Origin: Alphaproteobacteria bacterium
GTDB lineage: Bacteria > Pseudomonadota > Alphaproteobacteria > MPNO01
DNA length: 64,000 nt
Reading direction: 5' to 3'
Assembly (NCBI GenBank): GCA_965231875.1
Contig: CBDDOM010000002.1
Coordinates: forward strand, 2,627,942 to 2,691,941
Of this stretch, positions 9,172 through 18,739 are shown in pieces. Under the pieces are notes generated by a model. The model saw nothing but the letters and a program-made list of their open reading frames with translations. It had not been told where the DNA came from and ran no database searches. The translations under genes and the position numbers were made by a program. The first letter of the stretch is position 1; each line of letters begins with the position of its first letter.

Positions 9172-10884
9172 ATGACGCTGACGAGGGCGTCGCTCTCAGC
9201 CCGCATCGACCAGGCGCTCGGCCGCCGGCCAGCCGATCTGGTCATCAAGCGCGGCCGCATCCTCAACCTCGCGACCGGCGCGCTGGAGGAAGGCGATGTC
9301 GCCATCGCGGGCGAACTCGTCGTCGGCACGCATGAGACCTATGACGGCAAGGTGACCATCGACGGCCGAGGCGCCGTCGTCGTGCCCGGCTTCATCGACA
9401 CCCATGTCCATGTCGAGAGCAGCGTCGTCACCCCGGCGGAGTTCGACCGCTGCGTCCTCCCCAGGGGAACGACGACGGCGGTTTGCGATCCACACGAGAT
9501 CGTCAACGTACTTGGCGCCGAGGGGCTGGAATATTTCCTCGACTCCGCCGGCGACCTCGCGATGGATCTCAGGGTTCAGCTTTCGAGCTGCGTGCCCTCG
9601 ACTTCGCTGGAGACCGCCGGAGCCCGGCTGGAGGCCGGCGATCTCCTGCGCTACCGCGACCGCGAACCGGTGATCGGCCTCGCCGAGTTCATGAGCTTCG
9701 GCGACATCTTCGCCCATGACGGCCCCACCCTCGACAAGCTCATCGCCTTCGAGGGCGCCCATATCGACGGCCACGCGCCGCTTCTCTCCGGCTACCGGCT
9801 CAACGCCTACGCCGCCTGCGGCATCCACAACTGCCACGAAAGCACCAACGTCGCGGAAGCGGCGGAAAAGCTGAAAAAGGGGTTCCAGGTGCTGATCCGC
9901 GACGGCAGCGCCTGCAAGGACGTGGCTACCCTCGCGCCGCTCCTGACCGATGCGAGCGCACCCTTCATCGCGTTCTGCACGGACGACCGCAACCCGCTCG
10001 ACATCGCCGAGGAGGGTCATCTCGACCATGTGATCCGGACCGCGATCGCCGCCGGCGCGCCGGCGGCCGCAGCCTATCGCTCCGCGACCTGGTCGGCGGC
10101 GAGAGGGTTCGGGCTCAACGACCGCGGGCTGGTCGCGCCGGGCTACCGCGCCGATCTGGTCCTGCTGGACGACCTCGAGAGCTGCAAGGTCCGAAGCGTC
10201 ATCCGCTCCGGCGCGCCGGTCACCGAAAATTCTTTCCCCGACCGGGCCCGGGCGCGAACGCCGGTGGGCTACGACTCGGTCAAGCTCGACCCGGTGGACG
10301 AGGGCGCGTTCGCCATCCCGTCGAGCGGCCCCACCGGCCCGGTGATCGGCCTGGTGCCGGGGACCGTGCTGACCGAGCACCTCACACTAACGCTTCCCTA
10401 TGCCGGCGGGCTCAGGGAGCGCGATCTCGACGCCGATGTGCTGAAGGTCTGCGTGTTCTCGCGGCACGGCAAGAACCGCAATGTCGGGCGCGGCTTCGTC
10501 AAGGGATTCGGGCTCCGCCGCGGCGCGCTCGCCTCCAGCGTCGGCCATGACAGCCACAACGCGATCACCGTCGGCTGCAGCGACGCCGACATGGCGGCGG
10601 CGGTCAACCGCCTGATCGAGATCCAGGGCGGCTTCGTGGCGGTCGCCGACGGACAGGTGGTCGCCGAACTGCCGCTGCCGGTGGCGGGGCTGATGAGCGA
10701 CCGGCCCTTCGAAGAGGTCCGCGACGGCCTGCGCGTGCTGCGCCAGGGGGTCAAGGCGCTCGGCTGTCCGCTCGACGAGCCCTTGCTACAGCTCGCCTTC
10801 CTGCCGCTCCCGGTGATCCCGCATCTCAAGATCACCGATCACGGGCTGGTCGATGTCGACCGGTTCGAGCTGATCGCGGCGTAG
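9172..10884 (+). CDS. ade: Adenine deaminase
   Basis: 570 aa. The N-terminus (DLVIKRGRILN...VVPGFIDTHVHVESS) is typical of adenine deaminase in the amidohydrolase superfamily. Confidence 0.8.
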   Translation: MTLTRASLSARIDQALGRRPADLVIKRGRILNLATGALEEGDVAIAGELVVGTHETYDGKVTIDGRGAVVVPGFIDTHVHVESSVVTPAEFDRCVLPRGTTTAVCDPHEIVNVLGAEGLEYFLDSAGDLAMDLRVQLSSCVPSTSLETAGARLEAGDLLRYRDREPVIGLAEFMSFGDIFAHDGPTLDKLIAFEGAHIDGHAPLLSGYRLNAYAACGIHNCHESTNVAEAAEKLKKGFQVLIRDGSACKDVATLAPLLTDASAPFIAFCTDDRNPLDIAEEGHLDHVIRTAIAAGAPAAAAYRSATWSAARGFGLNDRGLVAPGYRADLVLLDDLESCKVRSVIRSGAPVTENSFPDRARARTPVGYDSVKLDPVDEGAFAIPSSGPTGPVIGLVPGTVLTEHLTLTLPYAGGLRERDLDADVLKVCVFSRHGKNRNVGRGFVKGFGLRRGALASSVGHDSHNAITVGCSDADMAAAVNRLIEIQGGFVAVADGQVVAELPLPVAGLMSDRPFEEVRDGLRVLRQGVKALGCPLDEPLLQLAFLPLPVIPHLKITDHGLVDVDRFELIAA

Positions 10885-11492
10885 CCCTCCGCCAATCCGG
10901 CGGCGAGCGCGCGGGTCTCGATTTCCAGCGCCGCCGCCGGCACCGCCCGCGCGACCAGCCCCATCGCCTGGGCCGCCGCCGCATCGTAGGTGCGGCCTTC
11001 GAGGACGAGTTCGAGGGTCCTGGCGCGGCCGATGACCCCGAGCATGGCGGCGACGAAGCCGGTATCGAGGAACAGCCCGATCGTCCTCGGCGACACCCGG
11101 AACAGGGCGTCCTCCGCGGCGATCCTGAGGTCGCAGCGGCAGGCGATGTCGACACCGCTCCCCATGCAATAGCCCTCGATCATCGCGACCGTGGGCATGG
11201 GAAGTTCGCCGAGCCGGCTCGCCGCCCGCTCGGTCGCTTCGCTGTAGGCGCGCGCCGAAGCGGGGTCGCGACGTTGCTCCGCGAAGCGCGACATGTCGAG
11301 CCCGGTCGAAAAGGCCCGCCCGCCCGCGCCCCGGACGACGACGCAGCCGATCCCACGCGCCGTCTCGATTTCGGCCACGCGCGCTTCGAGCGCCTCCCAG
11401 TCCTCCCGCGCCAGCGCGTTGAAGCGCGACGGCCGGTCGAGCGAGATGGTCGCCACGGCGCCGTCGAGCTCCAGTCCTACGTTCCCGGTCAC
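10839..11492 (-). CDS. Enoyl-CoA hydratase/isomerase (crotonase) family protein
   Basis: LDRPSRFNAL...GAGGRAFSTGLD crotonase signature. It overlaps the ade 3' end convergently by 46 nt. Confidence 0.7.
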   Translation of the reverse strand: MTGNVGLELDGAVATISLDRPSRFNALAREDWEALEARVAEIETARGIGCVVVRGAGGRAFSTGLDMSRFAEQRRDPASARAYSEATERAASRLGELPMPTVAMIEGYCMGSGVDIACRCDLRIAAEDALFRVSPRTIGLFLDTGFVAAMLGVIGRARTLELVLEGRTYDAAAAQAMGLVARAVPAAALEIETRALAAGLAEGYAAISSNRSTSTSP

Positions 11493-11614
11493 GGCCGGAG
11501 GCTAATCGATTTCGGCCTCCGGGCGAACCGATGCGCGACCCACCGGGTCATGATTCTGTCCCCCGCGCCGCAATCGAACTATCATCCCGCCGTGCCAACG
11601 GGAACCGGACCGAC

Positions 11615-12337
11615 ATGCCGTTCGCGCAATACCTCATCGACATCGCGGTCTGCCTCCGGCGGTTGACCTGGCTGCCGCTTCCGGCCGATCCGGCGGAGGA
11701 CGACCGGACGTTCGAGGAGGCCTGCTGGGCCTACCCGCTGGTCGGCGCCGGGATCGGCGGGATTGCGGCCGTCGCCTGGCTCGCGGCTCAGGCCTTCGGT
11801 CTGGCGCACGGGGTCGCGGCGGTTGTCGCGCTGGCTGCATCGATCGCCGTCACAGGGGCGGGGCCGGAGCGCGCGCTGGCACGGGCCGCCGGGTCGCTCG
11901 TCTCGCCGCGCGACGAAGACAACGCGCCCGGAGCGGAACGGACGGCGATCGCGCTGGCCCTGGCGATTCTGTTCCGGGCCACCGCCATCGCCGCGGCGGC
12001 GGGCACCGGGGCGGTGGGCGGCGTCCTGATCGGCGCGGCCGCTATCGCCTATGCCTGTCAGCTCGCCGCCCTCCACGGTGCGCCCGACGACGAGACGGCG
12101 ACGGCGCCCAGGCCGCCTGTCGGGCCCGTCGCCGCCGGGCTCGCCATCGCGGCGGCGGTTTCGCTGCTGGTTCTGCCTCAGGGCTGGCTCGCGGCCGTCA
12201 TCGTCGCGGGCGTTGCCACTGGCGGTATCGTCTTCGCCGCGCGGCGACCCGCCGCGGGCTCTGCCGGCCGGGCGTTGCCGGCGGTGCTTGCCCTCACCGA
12301 AATCCTGGCTCTCCTCGCCGTCATCGCGTCGTGGTGA
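11615..12337 (+). CDS. Hydrophobic membrane protein, divergent CobS-like (adenosylcobinamide-GDP ribazoletransferase family?)
   Basis: The N-terminus (LRRLTWLPLP, then YPLVGAGIGGIA) resembles CobS (SRLPVP...FPFIGLILGG). The conserved HxDGLAD-C/TDG motif is not recognisable, so this may be a degenerate paralog or another family. Confidence 0.3.
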   Translation: MPFAQYLIDIAVCLRRLTWLPLPADPAEDDRTFEEACWAYPLVGAGIGGIAAVAWLAAQAFGLAHGVAAVVALAASIAVTGAGPERALARAAGSLVSPRDEDNAPGAERTAIALALAILFRATAIAAAAGTGAVGGVLIGAAAIAYACQLAALHGAPDDETATAPRPPVGPVAAGLAIAAAVSLLVLPQGWLAAVIVAGVATGGIVFAARRPAAGSAGRALPAVLALTEILALLAVIASW

Positions 12338-14420
12338 CTGCCGCCCCGTCGCCCGCGACGGCGATGGCGAAGGCATAGACCATCGCGACCTCGACCAGCC
12401 GGTCGAACCGGCCCGATGCGCCGCCGTGGCCCGCGTCCATGTTGGTGTGAAGGAGGACCGGAGCGTCGCTCGTATTTAGCCGGCGCAGCCGCGCGACCCA
12501 TTTGGCCGGCTCCCAATAGGTGACCCGAGGGTCGGTGAGCCCGCCGGTCGCGAAGATCGCCGGATAGTCCCGGGCGGCGACGTTGTCGTAGGGCGAATAG
12601 GACGCGATCAGGCGGTAGGCCGCTTCGTCCTCGATCGGATTGCCCCATTCCGGCCATTCCGGCGGAGTCAGGGGCAGGTCCGCGTCGCACATCGTATTGA
12701 GCACGTCGACGAAGGGCACCTCGGCGAGGATGGCGGCGAAGAGGTCCGGCCTCAGATTCGCCACCGCGCCCATCAGCATCCCGCCCGCGCTCCCGCCATG
12801 GGCGGCGATCCGACCCTTCGCGGTATAGCCTTCGGAGGTCAGGCGTTCTCCTGCGGCGATGAAATCGGAAAAGGTATTGGGCTTCTTGTCGCGCTTGCCG
12901 TCGAGATACCAGCGATAGCCGCGATCCGCGCCGCCCCGGATATGCGCAATCGCATAGACGAAGCCGCGGTCGACCAGGCTGAGTCGGTTGGTCGAGAAGG
13001 ACGCGGGCACGGAATGGCCGTAGGCGCCGTAGCCGTAGAGCAGAACCGGCGCGGTGCCGTCCAGCGGGGTGGTGCGGTGGTGGAGGATCGAGATCGGCAC
13101 CCGGGCGCCGTCCTCGGCGGTCGCGGTCAGCCGGCGCGTGACGTAGTCGGCGGGGTCGTGCCCGCTCGGCACTTCCTGCGTCTTGCGCAGCGTCCGTTGC
13201 CGGCTCGCCATGTCGTAGTCGAAAGTCCGGTTCGGCGTCGTCATCGAGCTGTAGACGAAGCGGAGCGTCGGGGTCTCGAACTCGTAACCGGGCAGGAGCG
13301 ACAGGTCGTAGGCTTCCTCGTCGAAGGCGATCTCGTGCGCCTCGGCGCTCGCGAGGTCGGTGACGACGATGCGCGGCAGACCGTCGGCGCGCTCCAGCCG
13401 AACGTGGTGGCCCGCGAAGAGGCGTTGCGAGCGCACATACACCCCGTCTTCGTGGGCCAGCCAGTCGGTCCAGTTCGCGCGCCCGGGTTCGTCGAGCGGC
13501 GCGGTCGCGATCCTGAAGTCCACCGCTCCGTCGGCGTTGGTCCGGATGAACAGGCGGTCGCCGCGATGGGCGACGTCGTACTCGACTCCGGAGTCGCGAG
13601 GCGCGACGAGACGCGACCGGTCTTCGGGGGCATCCGCGTCGATCAGCCGGACCTCGGACGTGGTGTGATCGTGCGCGGAGACGACCACGAACCGCCCGCT
13701 CTCGGACCTGTCGATCCCGACGAAGAAGCCGGGATCGGATTCCTCGTACACGACCGCGTCGCCGCCGTCGCCTATGCGGCGGCGGCGGACCTGCCAGGGT
13801 CGATGGTTGTCGTCGATGACGGTGTAAAACACGGTCGCGCCGTCATTGGCCCAGACCACATCGCCCCTTGCGTCCTCCACCGGCCCGTCGACGATTCCGC
13901 CCGATGCGATGTCGCGCACGAAGATCCGGTATCTCTCGGACCCGTTTACGTCGGTTGCGTAGGCCAGGCGGCGGTGGTCCGGGCTGTGCCGACAGGCCGC
14001 GATCCGGAAATAGCTCTCGCCTTCCGCCTCCCTGTTGCCGTCGAGCAGCACCTCTTCGGCACCCGTGACGCCTTTCCGGGTCCGGCAAAAGACCGGATGC
14101 TCCCCGTTCCCCACGTAGCGGACGTAGTAGAGCCAGCCCCCGTCGGGCGCCGGGACGGTGCTGTCGTCCTCCTTGATGCGCCCGCGCATCTCATCGTAGA
14201 GCGCGGCCCGAAGATCGGCCCAGGGTGCGAGGAACGCATCCTTGTAGTCGTTCTCCGCCTCCAGATAGGCACGGATTCTCGGGTCCAGGACGGCCGGTTC
14301 GCGCATAACGCGCTGCCAGTCGGGGTCCTTGAGCCAAGCGTATTCGTCCTCCCGGGAGATGCCGTGAAGGGTGGTCGAGAGGGGTTTCTGGGCAGCAATG
14401 GGTGGCTGTCGGTCTGGCAT
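12321..14420 (-). CDS. ptrB: Oligopeptidase B (S9 prolyl oligopeptidase family)
   Basis: 700 aa. Beta-propeller N-domain, then GGSAGG nucleophile motif and a C-terminal HGG region. Start at MPDRQPP with GGAGG upstream. The 1214-aa ORF in the track is a read-through artifact. Confidence 0.8.
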   Translation of the reverse strand: MPDRQPPIAAQKPLSTTLHGISREDEYAWLKDPDWQRVMREPAVLDPRIRAYLEAENDYKDAFLAPWADLRAALYDEMRGRIKEDDSTVPAPDGGWLYYVRYVGNGEHPVFCRTRKGVTGAEEVLLDGNREAEGESYFRIAACRHSPDHRRLAYATDVNGSERYRIFVRDIASGGIVDGPVEDARGDVVWANDGATVFYTVIDDNHRPWQVRRRRIGDGGDAVVYEESDPGFFVGIDRSESGRFVVVSAHDHTTSEVRLIDADAPEDRSRLVAPRDSGVEYDVAHRGDRLFIRTNADGAVDFRIATAPLDEPGRANWTDWLAHEDGVYVRSQRLFAGHHVRLERADGLPRIVVTDLASAEAHEIAFDEEAYDLSLLPGYEFETPTLRFVYSSMTTPNRTFDYDMASRQRTLRKTQEVPSGHDPADYVTRRLTATAEDGARVPISILHHRTTPLDGTAPVLLYGYGAYGHSVPASFSTNRLSLVDRGFVYAIAHIRGGADRGYRWYLDGKRDKKPNTFSDFIAAGERLTSEGYTAKGRIAAHGGSAGGMLMGAVANLRPDLFAAILAEVPFVDVLNTMCDADLPLTPPEWPEWGNPIEDEAAYRLIASYSPYDNVAARDYPAIFATGGLTDPRVTYWEPAKWVARLRRLNTSDAPVLLHTNMDAGHGGASGRFDRLVEVAMVYAFAIAVAGDGAAVTTTR

Positions 14421-14486
14421 GAGCTGCGCCTCCTGTAATTGATGTCGGTCGTTGGCCGAAGCGGCGCGCTCGTCCCCCGTCTTTCG

Positions 14487-14589
14487 CCCGTCATGGTCGG
14501 CGCAGGCCGACCATCCAAGAGTTTTTTTCTGTATCAACGGGAACACAAAAAAGCAAAACGTGGATGGTCGGCCTGCGCCGACCGTGACG
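14487..14589. repeat. Family-A REP/BIME-like palindromic element, copy 1
   Basis: Left arm cccgtcATGGTCGGCgcagGCCGACCATccaag and right arm cgtggATGGTCGGCctgcGCCGACCgtgacg are inverted. Each arm is itself a 9-bp-stem hairpin. They flank a conserved spacer with A/T runs. It lies in the ptrB-ispG divergent intergenic region. Confidence 0.8.
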
Positions 14590-14702
14590 AAAAGAAAAAT
14601 CCCGCCCCGCGAAGCCGGGACCGGCCGGAATTTTCTGCGCTTGACCGGGGAAGGCGCGGCGACAACCTTAGGCATGCCGCTGAACAGCCGAGAGGCCAGC
14701 CG

Positions 14703-15935
14703 ATGTCCCGAGGTGACGCGCCGGCGACGCGCCGCAAATCGGTTCCCGTAATCGTGGGCGACGTGTCGATCGGCGGCGACCGTCCGATCGTCGTGCAGTC
14801 GATGACCAACACCGACACCGCCGACGTGGAGGGCACCACGGCCCAGGTGGCGGCGCTCGCCCGCGCCGGATCGGAAATCGTCCGTATCACGGTCGACCGC
14901 GCCGAAGCCGCCGCAGCGGTGCCCCGCATCCGCGAGGCGCTCGACCGGCAGGGCGTGGATGTCCCGCTGGTGGGCGACTTCCACTATATCGGCCACAAGC
15001 TGCTGACCGATTACCCGGCCTGCGCGGAGGCGCTCGCCAAGTACCGGATCAACCCGGGCAATGTCGGCTTCCGCGCCAAGCGGGACACCCAGTTCGCGAC
15101 CATGATCGAGGTCGCGCTGAAATACGACCGCCCGGTCCGCATCGGGGTCAACTGGGGCAGCCTCGACCAGGAGCTTCTGGCGAGCCTGATGGACGAGAAC
15201 GCGCGGCGGTCCGAACCCATGAGCGCGGCCGAAGTCACCCGCGAAGCCCTCGTCGTGTCCGCCGTGGGCAGCGCCGAACGGGCCCGGGAGCTCGGCCTCG
15301 GGGCCGACAAAATCGTGCTTTCCTGCAAGGTTTCGGCAGTGCAGGACCTGATCGCCGTCTATCGCGAACTCGCCCGGCGGTGCGACTACGCGCTGCATCT
15401 CGGCCTCACCGAGGCGGGGATGGGCAGCAAGGGGATCGTCGCTTCGACGGCGGCGCTCGCGGTGCTCCTGCAGGAGGGGATCGGCGACACCATCCGCATC
15501 TCGCTGACGCCCGAGCCCGGCGGCGACCGGACGCGGGAAGTCATCGTGGCGCAGGAGATCCTGCAAACGATGGGCTTGCGGGCCTTCGTGCCGCTGGTCG
15601 CGGCGTGCCCCGGCTGCGGGCGGACCACCAGCACCGTCTTCCAGGAACTCGCCGAGGAGATCCAGGGCTATGTGCGCGGGCGCATGCCGGAATGGAGCGA
15701 GGACTATGTCGGCGTCGAGACGATGAACGTCGCGGTGATGGGCTGCATCGTCAACGGGCCGGGCGAGAGCAAGCACGCCAATATCGGGATCAGCCTGCCC
15801 GGCACCGGCGAGGAGCCCGCCGCGCCGGTCTTCATCGACGGCAAGAAGGCGGTTACGCTGCGCGGCAAGGGCATCGCGCGGGATTTCCAGAAGCTGGTCG
15901 ACGAGTACGTGGAGTCCCACTACGCGCGGCGCTGA
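14703..15935 (+). CDS. ispG: 4-hydroxy-3-methylbut-2-enyl diphosphate synthase
   Basis: GcpE family: [22 protein letters not shown] and the C-terminal CPGCGRT 4Fe-4S ligand motif. Confidence 0.85.
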   Translation: MSRGDAPATRRKSVPVIVGDVSIGGDRPIVVQSMTNTDTADVEGTTAQVAALARAGSEIVRITVDRAEAAAAVPRIREALDRQGVDVPLVGDFHYIGHKLLTDYPACAEALAKYRINPGNVGFRAKRDTQFATMIEVALKYDRPVRIGVNWGSLDQELLASLMDENARRSEPMSAAEVTREALVVSAVGSAERARELGLGADKIVLSCKVSAVQDLIAVYRELARRCDYALHLGLTEAGMGSKGIVASTAALAVLLQEGIGDTIRISLTPEPGGDRTREVIVAQEILQTMGLRAFVPLVAACPGCGRTTSTVFQELAEEIQGYVRGRMPEWSEDYVGVETMNVAVMGCIVNGPGESKHANIGISLPGTGEEPAAPVFIDGKKAVTLRGKGIARDFQKLVDEYVESHYARR

Positions 15936-15948
15936 ACGGGAGGCGGCA

Positions 15949-17202
15949 ATGGCAGGCCGAACCAAGCGCTACGATCTGATCCTCCGTGGCGGCCGGGTGA
16001 TCGACCCGGCGTCGGGGCGCAACCGCAAGGCGGACGTAGGGATCGCCAACGGGCGCATCGCGGCGGTCAAGGCGGGGATCAAGGGGGCGAAGCGGGTCAT
16101 CGACGTGAGCGGCGGGCTCGTGCTGCCCGGTCTGATCGACACCCACGCCCATGTCTACCGCCACGTCACCGGGGAATTCGGGCTCGACGCCGATCTCTGC
16201 GGCGTGCGCTCCGGCGTGACCACCGTGGTGGATCAGGGCGGGCCGAGCCTGATGACGCTGCCCGGGTTCCGCAAGTTCATCGTCGAGCCGGCGAAGACGC
16301 GGGTGCTGTGCTTCCTCTCCACCTATACGGTCGGCGGGCTGGAGGGCCACCGCTACCCCTCGCTCTACGGCCCCGAGCAGGTCGACGTGAAGCGCACCGC
16401 CCGGGTCGCCATCGCCAACCGCGACATCGTCAAGGGCATCAAGGCGCATGCGGAGGTGGGCGGCGCCTCGCGCTGGGGCTGCCAGGTGCTCGAACGCGCG
16501 CGCGAGATCGCCCGCGAGGCGAAGATTCCGGTCTACGTCCATCTCGGCCAGCTCTGGCCCACCGAGGGAACGGACGTGGACCCAGACGCGGTGGTCCGCA
16601 AGATGGTGCCGCTGATGCGGAAGGGCGACATCCTCGCCCACCCGTTCACCCGCCATCCCGGCGGCTTCGTCTCGGAGAAGACCGGCAAGCTCCACCCGGT
16701 CGTTAAGAAGGCGATCGCGCGCGGTGTCCGGGTCGATGTCGGGCATGGCTCCCATTTCAGCTTCAAATTGGCCCGCGCCGCGCTCGGTCAGGGCATCCGG
16801 CCGTTCACCCTCGGCGCCGACCTGCACGGCTACAGCATCGCGGTGCCCGAGGCGCTGTCCGAAGAGATCGGGCTGCCCGCCAATGAGCGGGCTCCGTTCG
16901 GGCTGTGCCACGCGATGACCGAACTCCTGGCGCTCGGCATGGATCTGATGGATGTCGTGGCGACCGTCACCTCGAACGCCGCCGAGGCGATCGGCATGGC
17001 GGACGAGATCGGCTCGCTGGCCAGGGGCATGACGGCCGATATCACCGTGGTCGACCTGGTGCCCGGGAAGTGGGAACTGCGCGACAATTCGGGCGAGACG
17101 GTGCGGGCGGAACAGGCCTTCGTGCCCCGCTTCGCGCTCAAGGACGGTGTGCGCTACGACGCGGACTCCCCGCTGCTTCCCGAGCTCGCCGCCGCCGCAT
17201 GA
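15949..17202 (+). CDS. Amidohydrolase-family metallohydrolase (deacetylase/dihydroorotase-like)
   Basis: N-terminal DLILRGGRVIDPASG...VLPGLIDTHAHV metal-binding HxH motif. Confidence 0.65.
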   Translation: MAGRTKRYDLILRGGRVIDPASGRNRKADVGIANGRIAAVKAGIKGAKRVIDVSGGLVLPGLIDTHAHVYRHVTGEFGLDADLCGVRSGVTTVVDQGGPSLMTLPGFRKFIVEPAKTRVLCFLSTYTVGGLEGHRYPSLYGPEQVDVKRTARVAIANRDIVKGIKAHAEVGGASRWGCQVLERAREIAREAKIPVYVHLGQLWPTEGTDVDPDAVVRKMVPLMRKGDILAHPFTRHPGGFVSEKTGKLHPVVKKAIARGVRVDVGHGSHFSFKLARAALGQGIRPFTLGADLHGYSIAVPEALSEEIGLPANERAPFGLCHAMTELLALGMDLMDVVATVTSNAAEAIGMADEIGSLARGMTADITVVDLVPGKWELRDNSGETVRAEQAFVPRFALKDGVRYDADSPLLPELAAAA

Positions 17203-18041
17203 CACCGGAAACCGCGCAGGCCGGCCGCGTCGCCGGCAAGGCGGTGCTGGTGACCGGCGCGGGGTCGATCGGGCCGGGCTGGGGGAACGGCAAGGCGGCC
17301 GCTGTGCTCTACGCCCGCGAGGGGGCGAAGGTGCTCTGCGTCGACCGCCGGCTCGACGCGGCCGAGGAAACCCGCGACATCGTCGCCGGAGAGGACGGCA
17401 GCGCCGTCGCGCACCGGGCGGACGTGACCGACGAGAGCGACATCGCGGCCATGGTCGGCGCCTGCGTCGACGCCTTCGGGCGGATCGACGTCCTGCACAA
17501 CAATGTCGGCGGCTCGGGTCCGGGCGCGGCGCTGATGGACGTGGCGCTGGAGGACTGGAACGACACCCTTGCCCGCAACGTCACCGGCGCCTTCCTCGCC
17601 ATGAAGGCCGCGATTCCGCACATGGAGGAACAGGGCGGCGGGGCGATCGTCAACATCTCATCGATCGCCGGACTCACCCATATCGGCGTGCCCTCGACCA
17701 GCTATTCGGCGGCCAAGGGGGCGCTCAACGAACTGACCAAGAACATCGCGATCCAGTACGCGGCGAAGAACATCCGCGCCAACTGCGTCGCGCCGGGGCT
17801 GATGAAGACCCCCTTCATCCTGCGCGAGAAGGACGGCGTTCCCAACCACATCCGCAAGGGCTACGCGACGCCCGAGGAATACCACGACGCCCGCGGCGCG
17901 ACCGTCCCGATGCGCCGCATGGGCGACGCCTGGGACGTCGCCAAAGCCGCCCTCTTCCTCGCCAGCGACGACGCCGCCTACATCACCGGCCAGTGCCTCG
18001 TGGTGGACGGAGGCCTGACGGCGACCAGCCCGGGGGCGTGA
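17199..18041 (+). CDS. SDR-family oxidoreductase
   Basis: KAVLVTGAGSIGPGWG Rossmann motif and NNVGGS. The start overlaps the upstream stop in an ATGA. Confidence 0.75.
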   Translation: MTPETAQAGRVAGKAVLVTGAGSIGPGWGNGKAAAVLYAREGAKVLCVDRRLDAAEETRDIVAGEDGSAVAHRADVTDESDIAAMVGACVDAFGRIDVLHNNVGGSGPGAALMDVALEDWNDTLARNVTGAFLAMKAAIPHMEEQGGGAIVNISSIAGLTHIGVPSTSYSAAKGALNELTKNIAIQYAAKNIRANCVAPGLMKTPFILREKDGVPNHIRKGYATPEEYHDARGATVPMRRMGDAWDVAKAALFLASDDAAYITGQCLVVDGGLTATSPGA

Positions 18042-18114
18042 AGGGCAGCAGGGTGCGTGGGCGGCCGAACGAAGTGGCCGGACGCCCGGCCATCCGCCGA
18101 TACCGCCAGCGGTC

Positions 18115-18459
18115 CTAACGGCCGAGGACGACGTCGACGCTGGCGAGCAGCAAATCGAGCTTGGCCGACGCGATGCGGCCTGTGCGTTCTTCGAGAAGAG
18201 CCCGGTCGAGAGCGACGATCTGTGTCGCGTTCGCGACGGAGTCTTTCGGCAGACCGGTCATCGCGGCGGTCAACAGCACGTTTCCCGGCGCGTCCGTCCA
18301 CCGCAAATTGCTCGTCAGCGGGACACAGACCGCCGTGGCCAACCGGCTCCGGTTCAGCGCATCGCCCTGGACGACGACGACCGGCCGGCGAAAGCCCGGC
18401 CCCGAACCCGTTGGCTCCGGCAATTCGGCCCAGCACACATCGCCCTGGGAGATCACCAT
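18115..18459 (-). CDS. Type II toxin, MazF/PemK family endoribonuclease
   Basis: 114 aa. GDVCWAELPEPTGSGPGFRRPVVVVQGD is the PemK/MazF signature. It overlaps the upstream small RHH gene by 7 nt. Confidence 0.7.
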   Translation of the reverse strand: MVISQGDVCWAELPEPTGSGPGFRRPVVVVQGDALNRSRLATAVCVPLTSNLRWTDAPGNVLLTAAMTGLPKDSVANATQIVALDRALLEERTGRIASAKLDLLLASVDVVLGR

Positions 18460-18713
18460 TCGGTGTTGGCGAGCACCCGCCTGCCGGCGGCGGCGAGGAA
18501 GGCGTCATCGTTCCCGTCGACCTCGCCGCACACCCGGTTCATTGTTTCGGTAACCTCGTCTTGCGCATGGCGCGCGAGATATTCGCCGAGTGCCGCCGCG
18601 TAGACTTCGCTTCGGGACCGCCGTCCCTGCGAGGCCAGTCGTTCGGCGCGTTCGAAAATGTCGTCGGGGATGGATACGGCTGTCTTCATACCCGCAGTAT
18701 GACCCCGTCCCAT
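18453..18713 (-). CDS. Type II antitoxin (ribbon-helix-helix / MazE-like)
   Basis: The small protein MKTAVSIPDDIFERAERLASQ has an N-terminal beta-strand plus helices typical of CopG/RHH antitoxins. The real start may be the internal Met at about 18689. Confidence 0.55.
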   Translation of the reverse strand: MGRGHTAGMKTAVSIPDDIFERAERLASQGRRSRSEVYAAALGEYLARHAQDEVTETMNRVCGEVDGNDDAFLAAAGRRVLANTEW

Positions 18714-18739
18714 GACCGGCGGTCAAGGGTTTTCCGGAT

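Noticed and set aside
11493-11614. Cobalamin riboswitch upstream of the CobS-like gene
   Set aside because: The 122-bp leader is too short and lacks the conserved B12-box; no convincing structure was seen.
12321-15965. 1214-aa minus-strand ORF suggesting a giant fusion protein
   Set aside because: Only the last 700 aa (from MPDRQPP at 14420, preceded by GGAGG) form oligopeptidase B. The upstream part is antisense to ispG and crosses the family-A repeat.
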